A stretch of DNA of 64,000 bases, from assembly GCF_009914755.1 (NCBI RefSeq), contig NC_060930.1. One strand, given 5' to 3'. Numbering within the stretch: the stretch's first letter is position 1; each line of letters opens with the position of its first letter. Positions 12,174 to 27,270 of the stretch are shown one piece after another. The notes below the pieces were generated by a model, which was not told the origin of the DNA, searched no databases, and saw only the letters and a program-made list of their open reading frames with translations. The translations under genes and the position numbers were made by a program. Source of the DNA: the human T2T-CHM13v2.0 reference genome, Homo sapiens.

Positions 12174-13181
12174 TGTAACAGTGAAATGCTAGAGTTAAAA
12201 CTTCAAGTACCAGCACTAGAAATTGTGTCATTGTAGTCCATGATACGGTTCTGCCACAAAGCTGAGATTTCTACAGAACTTCTTTGGGTGTATTAGCAAC
12301 TAAACCTCGCAGGATGAAGTCTCAGATAACCTTGTTGTAAATTTGTTTCTATAGTTTATTTCAGCAATGTTATACTTTGTGCTAAAATTAAATTCTGAAA
12401 TAGGAATCCAAACCCAACCAAAGCAAAATTCAGACTTTAAAAGTCTAGTAAGTAATGAAGAAAGGAACTTTTCATATATAGAATTAATATTTATTCAAGT
12501 ATGATCCAAAGAAATGCATGGAAGATCAAACTACCTAATCTGAATAGATTAATCAACAATCTTAACAGAGTTTATCTCCCAGTATAAAAGACCTACTTAA
12601 AAATAATATTATAATACCCATAATCGTATATTTGTTATTTTTTTAAAAAAATCGCCCTTTTGTCCTGACAAGTTATTACAAAACTCCCATAAGAATAACT
12701 AAAGCATTAAAACATAACAGTTAAAGTGTGCTTTCCTGCAGTACCACTTCATGTGAACATTCAAAGTGCTTAAAGGAAGTAGTTTGCTTCAGTTTCCCCC
12801 TCCTTTCTGCACACCACTGCAGTAGCACTTCAGGACACCCTGTGCACTTGAGACATGAATCATTATAAGCAAGTAGGCCCACTCGGTTCCTCAAAAGACA
12901 CAAAAGGTGCAAAAATAGCTTCTGCAATTGAAGCAAGAACCACGTCAGTAACCAGATGAATGTGGGTGGTCACATAAGATTCTGGTGCTGCAAAGGGCAA
13001 ATTATTAAGCAAATGCTAGATTTATTTTCTTTTTTAAACTTTATTCTTCTTGCCTCAAATCAACCGTTTGCTGGCACTCAAAGTGACACCTGACAAGGTC
13101 TACTATTCTCAAAATTGAAACTTTCATCAATGCTAAAGAGCATGATTCATTAACATAGAAGGAATAGAGATGATATCCTAA

Positions 13182-13524
<343 letters not shown>

Positions 13525-15315
13525 AACTATATCTATATTTTTAACACACTAAATATCACATCTGTTTTAAAAAATCAAATAAAAGCACTTCAAAAAAAAC
13601 CCACAAAAACTATAATCTAGGCTAAAGTAAAGCATGGCATTCCTCAAAAAAAAAAAAAAAAAAAAAAAAAAGAAGAAGAAGAAATCACTGAGTTATTTTG
13701 TACTCCAAGCAAAATGCATCCAAGACATAAATGGGCCAAGGTTCTAAAGATGCAGATATTTATACGGAACCTTAACTTGCAGTAGTCAGTGACTACCTGT
13801 GACTGGTAATCTCACAGTCACCAAATTAAGAGGCAAGAAGGTAAAAGAAGAGCTTAATTTTCAGTAGGCCAGCACCAACCTCCCTTCCCTTCCAGAAATC
13901 ATCATTCCTACCAGCAGTCTCCACAGGCAAAACAGAGCACGTGAGTGCCCCCCAACAAGCTCTGATGGGACAGCATTCCCAGTTCTGACTCCGTTTTTCC
14001 AGTCTTACTTTCTAAGATGATGGCTACTGGAAATGGTAAACACTCCTTTCATGACATGCACATGTATTTGAAATTGTAGATTACAGAAGAGCCCCCTTTT
14101 TACCCGGTAAGAGGATTCAAAAACTGGTTCTGTTGCATCACTCATGACCTTTTAAATGTTTGGGTTTCTCTTGAAGAAGAGAAAAGCAATGGTAATCATG
14201 TTATACTTATCTTTACCTTAAAGAAAGTTCCAGATGAGCATGATTTTAAAGCAAAGATGCAAATAATATTAGCTTGAAAGATATGATATCAATTGCAGCG
14301 TTTTTGCACAAATCATTTTGTTATAAATTGAAATCAGTAATGGCCTCTACATGGGACTTGGTTATTGTTCTTATTGAAATGGAGATATGGAGATGCCATC
14401 TCAGAAATTTATTTTTTGCATTAATTTTAAGTGAGTTTTTGTGTCTTTATTTCTCCATCAAAATAAAAGAAAATCCTTTCATCAAACAGCTCTTGAGAAT
14501 GTATTATGACAACTCATGCTCTTATTCTCAAGAAATCAACAGTTTACATAGTATGCTATTAAAGAAATGGACTAAAGGAGGAAAGATGATTATTTCTTTA
14601 ACTTTGCTTTTAGGTTATTAGCTTCATAAGAACTTAACAGGCAATGAAACCTTAATATTTAATAAAACAAACAAGTTTTCAGAAATAGTGCTAATGAATC
14701 TTGATAAAAATCCAAAGGTCATTTAAAATTCCTTCCTAAATATGAGGTAAAAATTATATTTCACTTCACCACATACAAGATGGTTTTTCTGTCAACCTGC
14801 AGGTTAATGGAAGAGACCCTTGAAAATATTTTCCAATCCTCCATCTCCTATTTGTAATAAACACTTGGAAGATTTGAGTATTACTGTTTCTATCCCAGTG
14901 GTTTCTCAGCCTTCCCATTCTTAGAAGAAAAAAAATCCTTGGCATTAGTTACTTGTTGTTGGATGCTTATAGGTTATTACTATTAAGCTAAGCAAGAGTC
15001 AAGCTACTGATTCATAGATGACAGATAAGATAGACATTTTAAAAATACCCATTGTTAGTGGGGTTGTCTTTTTCCATTCTCTACTTTTCCAAATTGTTTC
15101 AAAACAAGTTACAGTTAATGCTTTAATATGACTCTTACATGAATCTAGCAGGAGGTGAAGGTTTCATTGGCAGAACTCTCAAGTACCTCCCATCACCCTT
15201 GTTTTTTCTGAGGTTAAATAAATACACACTATATCACAATTTTAGGAGAAGAGCTGATAAGGTAAACCAGTTACACTTTAGATGAGCATTGTCATAATTA
15301 AAAACAATAATTATT

Positions 15316-15594
15316 GGCTGGATGTAGTGGCTCACACCTGTAATCCCAGCACTTTGGGAGGATTGCTTAAGACCAGGAGGTTGAGACCAGTCTGGGCAAC
15401 AAAGCAAGACCCTATCTCTATAAAAAAAAATTTAAGCAGGTGTGGTGGTGCACATCTGTAGTCCCAGCTGCTTGGGAGGCTGAGGTAAGAAGATCATTTG
15501 AACCCAGGAGTTTGGCGCTGCAGTGAGCTATAATTGCACCAGTCTGGGGGATAGAGTGAGACCCCGTCTCAAAAATAAATAAATAAATAAAAAC
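15316..15594 (+). mobile_element. Alu (AluJ-like, internal deletions)
   Basis: Alu start, linker and (TAAA)n tail. Confidence 0.9.
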
Positions 15595-16514
15595 AACATC
15601 AATGAAAATAATTCTTATAAACTCAATGGAAAAATGGCAAATAGAAACTGGAAACAAGATATGATAGTTTTATTTCTCAGTAAAAAGAGTGTTTAAGTAT
15701 TACATGTTTAAAAGAATGAACACTACTCTTCACTAGAGAAGAGACACTTTACTCTTATAGTAGGGAATAGAAAAGATTCAAAAGTAGTGACTAAAGATGG
15801 GAGAAGAGCACTGAAAGAGATATCAATGTTCAAGATATAATCCATCAATTTCACAAGCTTTTTGTAGAGGCATCTTTTCCTCTCTACAAAAAAAAAAAAA
15901 AAAAGACTCTAAATGGGCCCATTGTTCCACTCTGGAGTGCGTAAAGTGGCAAAGGAAGAAGAGGCTGCGAAGGACTAGAGAAGGCAGGTACAGGATAGAC
16001 AACACACATACACACACACACATACATTGACAGGATGATGACTATAAGCTTAGATCTTCAGAAATATTTTTGATATAAAGGTAATGGATGAGGTTGGGGT
16101 TGAAATGTAAAAAAGAAAACATATTAAAGGGACATGACTAGGAAAAGAGAAACATAGTAGTTTTGGAACATGGGGCAATTCATTACTGGGACAACAATGT
16201 AGAAGGTTTTGAAAAGTCAAGAAGGTGCATGGAAGGAAGGATTCCCACAGAGTTTTCATAATAGGAGGCTGGGGCAAACTGAGTCCAAATTAGCCAGAAA
16301 CTGCCCATAAAAATGACACCAAAGCTACATATAGTCTATTGCTGATTCTCAGCAGGTAGTGCAGGAGCACAGAAAAGATAGGAAACAAAGCATTGTGTAA
16401 ATTAAAACTAGTGAAAACAAACAAAAAAAGCAGATACATGTGCATTAGAGATTGTAACTTAGGCCTCTTTAAATAGGATTTCTGATTATTCTATGATACT
16501 TTAAGACATTTACT

Positions 16515-16654
16515 TATACCTAATGTTAAATGACGAGTTAATGGGTGCAGCACACCAATATGGCACATGTATACATATGTAACAAACCTGCACATTGTGC
16601 ACATGTACCCTAAAACTTAAAGTATAATAAAAAAAAATCCCCCCCCTCAAAAAA
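16515..16654 (+). mobile_element. Short 5'-truncated L1PA 3' end
   Basis: tacctaatgttaaatgacgagttaatgggtgcagcac...aaacttaaagtataataaaa; target-site duplication aagacatttact at 16503-16514 and 16655-16666. Confidence 0.92.
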
Positions 16655-16752
16655 AAGACATTTACTGAATGCCTACGATATGCCAGAAATGGGCTGTATT
16701 TACACAATACAGAAAAAGAAAAGACAAGCATTGCATTTAAGAGCACAGAGCT

Positions 16753-17090
<338 letters not shown>

Positions 17091-20000
17091 TCAGCGGGGA
17101 GATATTTGTGAATTAGTTCAACAAATGACATAAATATAAACAGATTACAAAGGAGATTACAAGAGGGAATGGTCACTCCTTTCTGGAAAGTTAGAAAAGG
17201 CTTTCTAGATGTAACGACACTGAACTTAATATTTAAATAAAACTATATATGCTAATATACAGAAATGCACAGTTATCAATGTTAGATTTAGAGACAAATA
17301 CATTTGTCAGATGAAATAAAAATACAAGACTCTACCATTCCGGTTTCTCTATGATTATATATACTTTATTTTGTGTGATGGAATGTTGGTTCATGAGGAT
17401 GCTTGGGGAATAAGGTGTTCTAGTTAATACAATCTTATGGTTAGGTAAAGACCACAGAGAAAATCATTTTTTGTTAAACATCTGGTGGTAATTTATTTTC
17501 AAAAGTACACTAGCTTTTGCCTTGAGTTAATTACAGTCTACTAACCATAATTTAATCTTCCTTTGATGGTTCAGGATCATATAGTGTTCTCCAGTCATTC
17601 TGCATCTTGGCTGTGCTCATCTGGTATTGGCCATGCAAACTTCTCCCAACATGTGTCCTTAAAACACACGTCATGTTTTCTAAGATAAGAGCTATAACCT
17701 AGGTTTGTTTTCTTGACCCAATTTGACATCACGTAAGTCATATATCTGACTAACTTGATTTTAGGAGCAAATATATGACTACAAACTTCTATTACTATTT
17801 AAATGTTTAGCTTATTCTAAATCATATAGGCAGTGTTTAGGGCTGTGGAATAATTTAGAAACCATTGAATTTAATCTATCAGGCAACTAACAAATGAAAA
17901 AGGTGAGAACCAGAGAAGTCAAAAGACTTGCTTAGGGACCCACAGCTCATTATGATAGTTCTGGTCTACAGCTTAGGTCTTTAAACTGTCAAGTCAATTA
18001 TTTTCCATTATCCACACTACTTCCTCTTATTCAAAGTTTATTTATCTAACCCTATTTCAGAAATTGATTGAATGAGTAAAGAAGTAAAAAATGAAGAATT
18101 AATAATTTTGAAATTCAAATGAGCAAAGATATTTATAATCCATAATCAAAGAAACAGAAAATAACAGTAGTTAAGGATCAATGCTCCACTGAAATGTTTA
18201 TCAATTTTTATACTAAATAAAAATAAATGCAACAAAAATTTTAATTTTTCCAAAATGAGTAAATGACAGAAAAATTAGAAGATAATCAATTTCCATAAGC
18301 AGTGCATTATTTAGTATCCAAAGCAAAAATAATTACTTAATTTACAACCAATTTTCAGTATAAGCTATTTTCTAAGATTTTTATGCTCTTATAACGAAAA
18401 TTTTTCAGTAAATATTTTAAGTAGAGTTATGAGACCATCTTCCTAAAAGCAAAGATAGCTCTTTCATTGAAAGTCAATGGAGGCAAGCCCCTTGTTCATA
18501 ATACCAAAATTTCACCTAGGAGACCTGTGAAGACATGGTAACACCAACTCCACAGGCACTACTTCTTCTGCTGCATTGGTTTTGCAAAAGGGCAGAGCCA
18601 AGTAGATGTTTTGTATAATTAAAAATCTTTTTTTGCTCTCTCTTTTGTGATACATTTTCCCATTTTTATTTTTTTCCTTCCCTTCCATTTCCTCTATCTT
18701 ATCCCTTAATATGGTAGGTAAATAACTACTTCTAGCCAAGCCAGCTTAAACATTTACTCTTTAACTAAATATTTGGAGAGACAGGGATAAAAGCAAAAAA
18801 GGTGTATTTGACTACCATACTCTAGTGAGAAGTATATATGACACAACAAAGTCATAACTCCAATGTACTGTTTTCTCAAGTTTTATCTTTTACAATGCTT
18901 ATGTTTACTATTCGGTTGCTGCAGATATACATAAATAAGGTCATGATTCTCCAATTTTCTTTTTACTCCTGGGTATGCCAAGACTAGCATAAAGAAAGGC
19001 CGCAGTTAACTTTGAATTAAGTAAACAAAGAGAACAGAGAAATCAAATCATAAAATATGCATTATATTCATAAGTATTCATATAACAGGCTGACCTTGCC
19101 TGAAGAAAATCCATCTTTGAGGGAAGATCCTCCTGCATCAGTGGAAATAATACCCAAAGCAATGAAAGCACAGCTGAAAATATGAATTGCATCCCACATT
19201 TCATGCTACAAACAATTCTCAGATGTGATGAAAAATAAAATTGTCTTCAGTCTCTCTATAGTAGGTCTACACACAATAAAAATCTCTCAAAAAGAAATCA
19301 AGGCAAAGCCTATGACATATCATATAACCTAATCAGACAGACCCTATCTACTTCTAATAACTGAGCTGCTGAAAGAATCAATTCTATTTCCTCTCTTGAC
19401 AATTTTCCTAGAGAGTGGGGAAATTGGTCTGTGTGCCTGTGTAGAGATATACAACCTCAGGAAACCAAAGAACAAATCTGGACTCACACTGTCCCAGGTT
19501 CTATAAGGTACATAGGGTAAGTGGATACTATCTCTCAAGACTTCAGAAATTGACATGAGGTTAGCACACAGCAAATAACCTGAACATCAGTTGTTCTCAG
19601 AGATTAGGAACCATACGATCAAAAATGGCTTGAACAACCAGGAAAGACTAGACAGAGGGAAGGGGCTCAAGTGGAAGCCATGATTTGCACAAATGAATTA
19701 ACTAGATAAAGATTTATTATTAACCTGTGCTACATGGTTATTCAGGTACCTCCTTGACATTTTGACAAACTGTGAATGGCATTCATACTTTTGGTCTCAT
19801 CTCAGAATATATCATTGCCTACAAAGTTTAAGGCTAAAAAAATTCAAGTTTCAAGCAGGCATTTATAAGATCCTATTGGGCAAATTCTGTCAGGCAATTC
19901 CAGAATTCCATCTGCAGGCTCATTCATTCAGTCAAATTACATTTTTTCCAAAGCTCATATATACTAATGTGATGAAATAAAACATTACTAAAATGCAAAC

Positions 20001-20692
20001 TTCATATTTCTTTGAGTTTGAATCCAGATATTACTGCCTCATTTACCAAAAAATCCCCAAATACATATAAATTTAAATCAATTTCAATGACACCAAGTAA
20101 GAATTAAAAATAGTGTGCATGTGTAGGATCAAGACAAATGAGAGAACATTCTGCTTTCAAAGAGCTTACTGTCTAATGAGTAAGGAAAACATATGAACAA
20201 CGAGCTATAAAAGCAATAGAGGCATGAAATGGTGTTGTGAGTATATGAAGACAGGAGATTGCTTAGAAATGCTGCATTTAAGGAACTCTATCTTAGATTT
20301 TGAAAGAAGGCTCAGATTTGCAGGCAGAGATGCATTTAATGTGAGGTTATTATCGTGACATAGACAAGAGAAGGGGTATTGGAGAAACAGTCTGTCTGCC
20401 TAGAACATTAGGCACACTGAGGTGATGGTGGTGGCAGAAGGTAAAGAACTTTAGTTGGCAGACACAGAGAGACATCAGTGGTTCTGAGAAGACAACTGCC
20501 ACAGTCACAGAGACACTTTAGAAAGCTATTATATCCCATTTCTTTCCATCCCTTTCGGGCAAACTCTGCAAATGTATAGCCTGAAAAAGAATAAAGATTA
20601 AGAAGAAGTTTGTTTTAAGGCAAGGAGACTTGGAGCAAAGGAGGAAAAGATACAAGTAATAAGATAATGGAATAAACTCTTTAAAAAGTGGG

Positions 20693-21072
20693 ATACTATG
20701 CAGCCATAAAAAAGAATGAGTTCATGTCCTTTGCAAGGACATGGATGAAGCTGGAAGCCATCATTCTCAGCAAACTAACAGGGGAACAGAAAAACACGGC
20801 ATGTTCTCACTCATAAGTGGGAGCTGAACAATGAGAACACACGGACACAGGAAGGGGAACATCACACACCGGGGCCTGTCGGGTGGTGGAGGACAAGGGG
20901 AGGGAGAGCATTAGGACAAATACCTAAGCATGCGGGGCTTAAAACCTAGATGGCAGGTTGATAGGCGCAGCAAACAACCATGGCACATGCATACCTATGT
21001 AACAAACCTGAACATTCTGCACATGTATCCCAGAATTTAAAATAAAATAAAATAAAACTAATAAATAAATAA
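20693..21072 (+). mobile_element. L1PA (about PA7/8) 3' end
   Basis: tactatgcagccataaaaaagaatgag...ttctcactcataagtgggag...tgtaacaaacctg, A-rich tail. Confidence 0.92.
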
Positions 21073-21899
21073 ATGAATATTTCATTAAAGAATGAATAAA
21101 AGAAAGTGGGAACCAAAAAGGAACTCAAAAGCATAAATAAGGAATCTGTCAGAAGAAAGCATGAAAATTTTTCTGTTTTAGAATGGAGGGAAGGAAGATA
21201 TAATGAAGCAAGATAACTTTTCAGATAGAAAAGAAACTGAGGAGTCCCTTCTTAATATCTCAGAAAAGTAGAAGGTGAGGTCTGCTGATGGGAGCAGGGA
21301 ACTAGCTGTGCTAGAGGGGCTTGATGAGTGGGGAACAGTCAATTTGCCTTAAGTATTAGTACTTGCAGCAGTCTTAGGAAAAACACTACTTCTTATTAGG
21401 CCATTTAAAAAGAGTATTTTCCAAACTTTTTTCTGAGTCAATAACCATATCCAAATAATTTAATAATATATCCAAAAGTTTATCTTTTATTCTAAAATAA
21501 AACTCTTAAGATGATTAACTATAAGCTATTATGTATGAACAGTAGATTTAAGACTGTTATATTTTTTAAAAACTGTATATATCTCTCATAATTCTACATA
21601 ACTACCTAGAGTAGAAAATTGTGATACTCATGCTGTGCTTCATTGTATAGAAATTTAGGGAATATTTACTGATGACTTGAATATTTACTTTTTAGCATCA
21701 TTAGTGACTGAGGTGATTCTTTTCAGTGAATTAACCAATAATTTAACAAAGGAAATTGATGACGATATTCTATGCCACATTTCTTTTCCGATACCATGAT
21801 TACCAAAATATGTATTGCTTGATACTATGGGCAGAGTAAGGTGTCAATTCTAGTATATTTAGCAATTAAAAAGGAACTCCATGTTTTATAATTTATTAA

Positions 21900-21956
21900 T
21901 TTCTTTCTTTCTACCTCCCCCCTCCCACCTCCCATCCTTCCTTCTCTTTCTTTCCT

Positions 21957-22023
<67 letters not shown>

Positions 22024-22063
22024 CTCTCTCTCTCTCTGTCTGTCTTTCTTTCCTTCTTTCTTT
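21900..22063. repeat. (TTTC)n / CT-rich microsatellite (expanded Alu tail)
   Basis: Long perfect TTTC run at about 21955-22021. Confidence 0.95.
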
Positions 22064-22305
22064 CAGACAGGGTCCAGCTCTGTCACACCCAGGCTAAAGT
22101 GCCTCCCTCTGCCTTCTGCCTCAGCCTTTCAAGTAGCTGGGACTATAGGTGCCCACCACCATATCTGGCAAATTTTTGCATTTTTTGTAGCGACAGGGTT
22201 TTGCCATGTTGCCCAAGCTGGTCTCAAACTCCCGGGCTTAAGCGATCTGCCTGCCTTGGTCTCCCAAAGTGTTGGGATTACAGGTGTGAGCCACTGTGAC
22301 TAGCC
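22064..22305 (-). mobile_element. Alu (AluJ-like, internally deleted)
   Basis: Reverse Alu body ending gtgagccactgtgactagcc. Confidence 0.9.
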
Positions 22306-24589
22306 CTCATGGTTTATAATTTCTAACTGTCTACTTAAAATGAAGTGATATGGGAGAAATTTATCTGGACTCAAAATCAGGAAGAATTTTATTTTTATTT
22401 AAAATTAGCTTTATAGACACTACATTTTAAGCCTATTCTATTCCCTCTTTGGGCTGACTGATAGAAAGCTAAGATCTAAATCTGTGGCCATCTTATAGGA
22501 AGGATCTAGACATTCTAGGCATGTGTTTTGGTCACTAACATCACTTCTAGCTTCAAGTACTATTTCTACTTTTCTTTCCCATTGTCTCATACTGATAATT
22601 AACAATATGTACACAAACAAACACACAGATCTCAATAATGGGGACTATTAAATAAGGCAATAAATGTAACTAGGAACTGTTTCCAAAGTTGAATCTATTT
22701 GTATATTTCAATAGTTTGAGCAACACAACTGTGAAGACTAATTAGTTCCAGCTCTGTGAAAAATGACAGAAGCTCTCTGAATATGTGCCTTTTCCTTAGC
22801 CTTCAACTGTATTGATTCCAAGAGAAGAAGAGCTTTCATAAATATAACAGAAAAGGTACATATAACATAACTGGATAGGAGCACTAATTATTTTTGCTTC
22901 TCTAAGGAACTGCTTAAGAATAATATGGAAATAATATGGTCAAATTATATTATCTTTGAGCCATGGTCAAATTTCCAGCTACTGTCAAAGCTCAGCAGCA
23001 GACAAGGCAAATGCATCTGACATATTCTTGGACATGGATAACTTACACCGGCGGATCCTACACACAAATCCTGTGCAGTGTACTGAAGCGGGTGGATGAA
23101 GGTTTTGTCTCTGTTGAACACCCATGGGGTTATAAATTCAGATTTAGAAACATGTACTTTAATAAGTTTTGAAGCCATTTGATCAGAAAGCATTACAAGT
23201 CTCAAATTGACCTCTACTTTTAAGGTAAAGCTTCAACTATCCTAAGTGTTACTCCAATTTTAAACAATGAATTAAAGAGCCTGAAAATCATTTTCAGTGT
23301 CATTTTGATTAACCAATTATATGTGATCTAATTTGATCTTTCTCCTCAAATAAATGTAAACACTAAAGAGTGTGTGTTTGGAACTCTTAATTTGGGTTTC
23401 AGTCAGCATTGAGCAATATCTAATATAAACATATTGGCTTAATTTTTATATTCCTCACACATATAAATAATTTGAAGAATGCAATTTAAACAAGGCAACC
23501 AGAAGTTATTTGCCCTGAAAAATTATAATAAATTAAAAAATTGTTTTTAGTTTTGAAAGCAGTTTGCCAAAATCTGCAGGCCTGTGAATGGTCTGAATTC
23601 ATACAATATTCAGTGACTTCTCATTTATTGATGTTATTTGGAATCTCACTTTCATTCTTTCTCACATATCACTGAAGGGAAAAAATTTGCTTAAGAAAAA
23701 AACAACCCACCTAATCAAGAATTCTTCATTAGCACAGATTTTCATCAAAACAAACAAAAGTAGAGAAAAATAAGAAAAAACAAATAATCAAATAAAAACA
23801 AAGAAAATTGCAACATAAAGTATTTTAATCATTTTGTCCAATTTCTATCAGACTTGCTCTGGTTTCACTGAGGGCCTTAGATAAGGTGCCAGAACTAATT
23901 TTATTGCAGCTTCTGCTCTCTGATTTTAACATAGATGTAAATTATTTGAATAAATATTTATAGATTATAGTGAGTCTTTCAACAGGTAACTAGCAATACA
24001 ATATAGAGAAGAAAATGTTTTAGTAATGTCTTGTCTATGTATATTATTTTTCAAAACTTATTTCAGTCTCACAATAGCCTTGTAATGGAAGAAGAGCATG
24101 AGAAAACGGATGCTCAGAAAGGTTAAGCAATTGTCAAAGAAATTCCTCAAAGATCACACAGCAGTGGGTCACTCCTTGGCCTCCTGCTTCTCAGTGCAAG
24201 GCTGTTTCCATTGGCGGTACATGGACACAGGTTTAAGATCCCATCTGCCATGGACAAACCGTGGGTGAATCCCTGTTGGAGCTTGAGTTTCCTCATACAT
24301 AAGAAGGGGATAATAAAGGTGCTGGCCCATTTCTCCACCACTCTATGGGCGAGCCCACGTGGAGAGGACACATGAAAGTGACCTGTCAATTTTAAATTGC
24401 CAAGTAGTAGATATGATTGCTGCTGTCATTGATACTAATGAACAAAGCAGTTTTATTGCTGAATAAGGAAACCCAAGCTGAAGAAATGTTAATGTCTAGG
24501 CCCTAACTAAAACTTCCTGCTTCACTGAGGGCTCTGAGTACGTCCTATCAGCATAGTAAACAGTCAGAAAGCTTTTATACAGTGACTAA

Positions 24590-25520
24590 AGTTGACTCTT
24601 GAATGCCGCAGGGGTTAGGATGTTGATCTTACCCCTACCCTGGACCGAGCAGTTGAAAATCTGCATATGATTTTTGACTCCTCCAAAACTTAACTACTAA
24701 TAAACTACTGTTGAACAGAAGCCTTACCGATAACCTAAGCAGTGGATGAACACATATTTTGTATGTTGTCTGTATTATATACTGTATTCCTACAATAATA
24801 AGCTAGAAAAAATGTTATTAAGAAAATCATAAGGAAGTGAAAATAAATTTACTGTACTGTACTGTATTTATTGATCCTATTAAGTTTTCATCATCTGTTT
24901 ACAGGATGAATTATCTGCCTGAAATGGTGGCAACTGCAGCTGTAGACCTCAAACTGCAGTACACATTAAGCAATCCGGCTTTTTCTAATGTCATGACTTT
25001 CCTCTGCTTCTGGGGAGCACTTCTAGCATTAGTAATGGCACTTCCTGTGGGTCCCATGGTGTTATTCAAGGTTTAAACTATTGCATTAAACATGATGAAA
25101 AATGTGCAAGAACCAGGAGAGATCACTTTTTATTGCGTCTGCACTTTGCTGGCCGACAAACCTCTCACACGGAGATGATTGGCATCACATGGCGTTTTAA
25201 GTGGATGCTTGCAACACTTGAGCTCACTGCAGTAGCAACAGGAGGGAACTACAGAATTATTACGGTAGTACAGCAGGTACAACAGTTAGTTTTATGCAGA
25301 TTTAACACTGCATCTTTACCTGTGTTTACATGTCTCTCATCATGAATGGTGCCATGTATGGTCTATGTGTGTGCAAAAGTTTTGGCAAATTTTAACTTTT
25401 TATAATAGATGTATGTATATTTCATGGTAGTAAATGACAAAATAGTGTCTACATATATTTTATACACTCCTAACACACCTAACTTTTTCTTTTTTTGATG
25501 TTTCTAGATTTTTTGATATT
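24590..25520 (-). mobile_element. Tigger2-family DNA transposon deletion derivative (Tigger2b-like)
   Basis: TIR-like agttgactcttgaa; tttgactcctccaaaacttaactactaata...agccttaccgataac. Minus-strand remnant of the transposase N-terminus (MGPTGSAITNARSAPQKQRKVMTL) near 25059. Confidence 0.8.
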
Positions 25521-25904
25521 TCTGATATTTTATTCATTAAATAGAAACCACCTTAACATCAACACAATGCTTACAAGTTCTGGATGAAAAATTAAAAAAA
25601 AATTTTTTAGAATTCATTAAACTTCATCTATCCAAGTCACTCCAAATTTATGTGAAATATTTAGTTCTAAATGATTTCACAATACTTTCCTACATGGAAC
25701 AAATAGTTGTAACTCATCAAAAGTAACAAGTCTGAAATACTTTAGTCAGGGAGACAGTAATTAGGATTTTAAGCTAATAAGGGCATAAATATTTTAGATA
25801 GAGAATAGAGACAATATCACCCAAAACTGTAAACAAAGTGCTATTCTTCTTGAATAACAGTTTTCCATTGCATACATATGTGCTTGGGGCGCCCAGATAG
25901 TATG

Positions 25905-26250
25905 GACAAAATACCCCCTTATTCCCAATTTTGCTTTCTGCAGTTTCAGTTACCCTCAGTCAACCATGGTGGGAAAATAGGTGAGAACAGTACAATAACA
26001 TATTTTGAGAATGAGAGAGAGACCACACTCACACAACTTGTATTACAATATATTGTTATAATTGTTCTTTTTAATTATTAGTTATTGTTGTGGATCTCTT
26101 ACTGTGTCTAAGTTATAAATTAAACTTTATCATAGGTATGTATGCACAGAAGAAATCATAGTATACATAGGATTCAGTACCCTCTATGGTTTCAGGCATT
26201 CAATTGGGGGTCTTGGAATATATCCCCCTTGGATAAGGGAGACCACTGTA
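25905..26250 (+). mobile_element. MER44-like (Tigger7-derived) MITE
   Basis: Inverted ends ccccttattcc / ggataaggg..actgta; internal gtttcagttaccctcagtcaacc...aaaataggtgag. Confidence 0.75.
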
Positions 26251-26289
26251 CACACAGGTCTGGAAAAATCCTCTTTTTTGCCAGAAACA

Positions 26290-26800
26290 TAGTGATTTTA
26301 TGTCAAGGAGGAATATTATAAATAATTCTGACTTGGGCTTCTAGGTAACAGTAGCTGGTGCCTGTCAAACATTAAAAGGGATTTTCATCCTGAGAAGCCA
26401 TAAGGAATTCTCTCTTATGGTGGTGAGGAGAGAAAGTCAGGGATTTCTTTGGTCATTGCTACTACCATGAGTGGAGACAGCCTGATGGCACATCTGATAC
26501 ACAGAGGAGACAGTCAGACACCCCAACAAAAGAAACTAGCTCCTCTTGCAGTGAGCTGAGATCGCGCCACTGCACTCCAGCCTGGGCAACAGAGTGAGAC
26601 TTCGTCTCAAAAAAAAAAGAAAAGAAAAGAAAAGAAAAGAAACCAGCTCCTCAAGGCTTCACAGATCTCTGGAGCAAGCTTTGGCTGAAAGCACACCACC
26701 ACTGTATTGTTGCAATTCATGAATCAATAATGTTTCCATTTTTGCTTTAGATAGTTCCTGTCAAGTTCCCTGTTCCTTGCTGTCAATAGTGTCATACAAA
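26290..26800 (+). mobile_element. Old MaLR LTR (MLT1-like), interrupted by an Alu fragment
   Basis: 3' part tcaataatgtttccatttttgcttt...ccttgc resembles the MLT1 end. Confidence 0.45.
26546..26640 (+). mobile_element. Severely 5'-truncated Alu (about 63 nt plus tail)
   Basis: ttgcagtgagctgagatcgcgccactgcactccagcc...; TSD aaaagaaac(t/c)agctcctc. Confidence 0.92.
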
Positions 26801-27029
26801 TGCTATAATTAAAACGCCTTGGTTGAAACAGGTTTGGTTGGCTGGTGCTTCCCCCTTTCTAGATCCACCTGCATGCCCATGAAGATGGCATGAAACCAAG
26901 AAATAGCAAGGTTGTACAGTGTTTCGCCTGGGTTGCAGTTTTCTGCCTAACCTACCCTCTCAAAATGAGAAGAGATTATGCTCCTAACTGCTTAGGGACA
27001 AGGATGACCTCATGCAGATGGGGTTGATT

Positions 27030-27270
27030 GATGAAGTACATAGTCTTTCGAGTGAAGACAGAACTGAGTCCCAATTCTAATGCACAATTCACCAGCTATG
27101 AGATCTTGGTTATATAACTAATTCTCCTAACATGTTTCTTTATTATGAAATGGGATACTAATAGTTATTATGCCAGCAGGTTGTGAGTATTAAATGAGAT
27201 AGCACATGCAAATCATTCAGGACAATACCTAGCACTTGTAAAATGTCATAAAATATTGGCATTCTTATTT
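27030..27270 (+). mobile_element. MIR SINE
   Basis: tgaaatgggatactaatagt...gttgtgagtattaaatgagata core. Confidence 0.75.

Noticed and set aside
13646-13683. Orphan poly(A)/GAA tract as a retrocopy tail
   Set aside because: No upstream element body and no clear target-site duplication.
24837-25345. ORFs within the Tigger2-like element
   Set aside because: They lie on the opposite strand to the decayed transposase remnant; there is no intact transposase.
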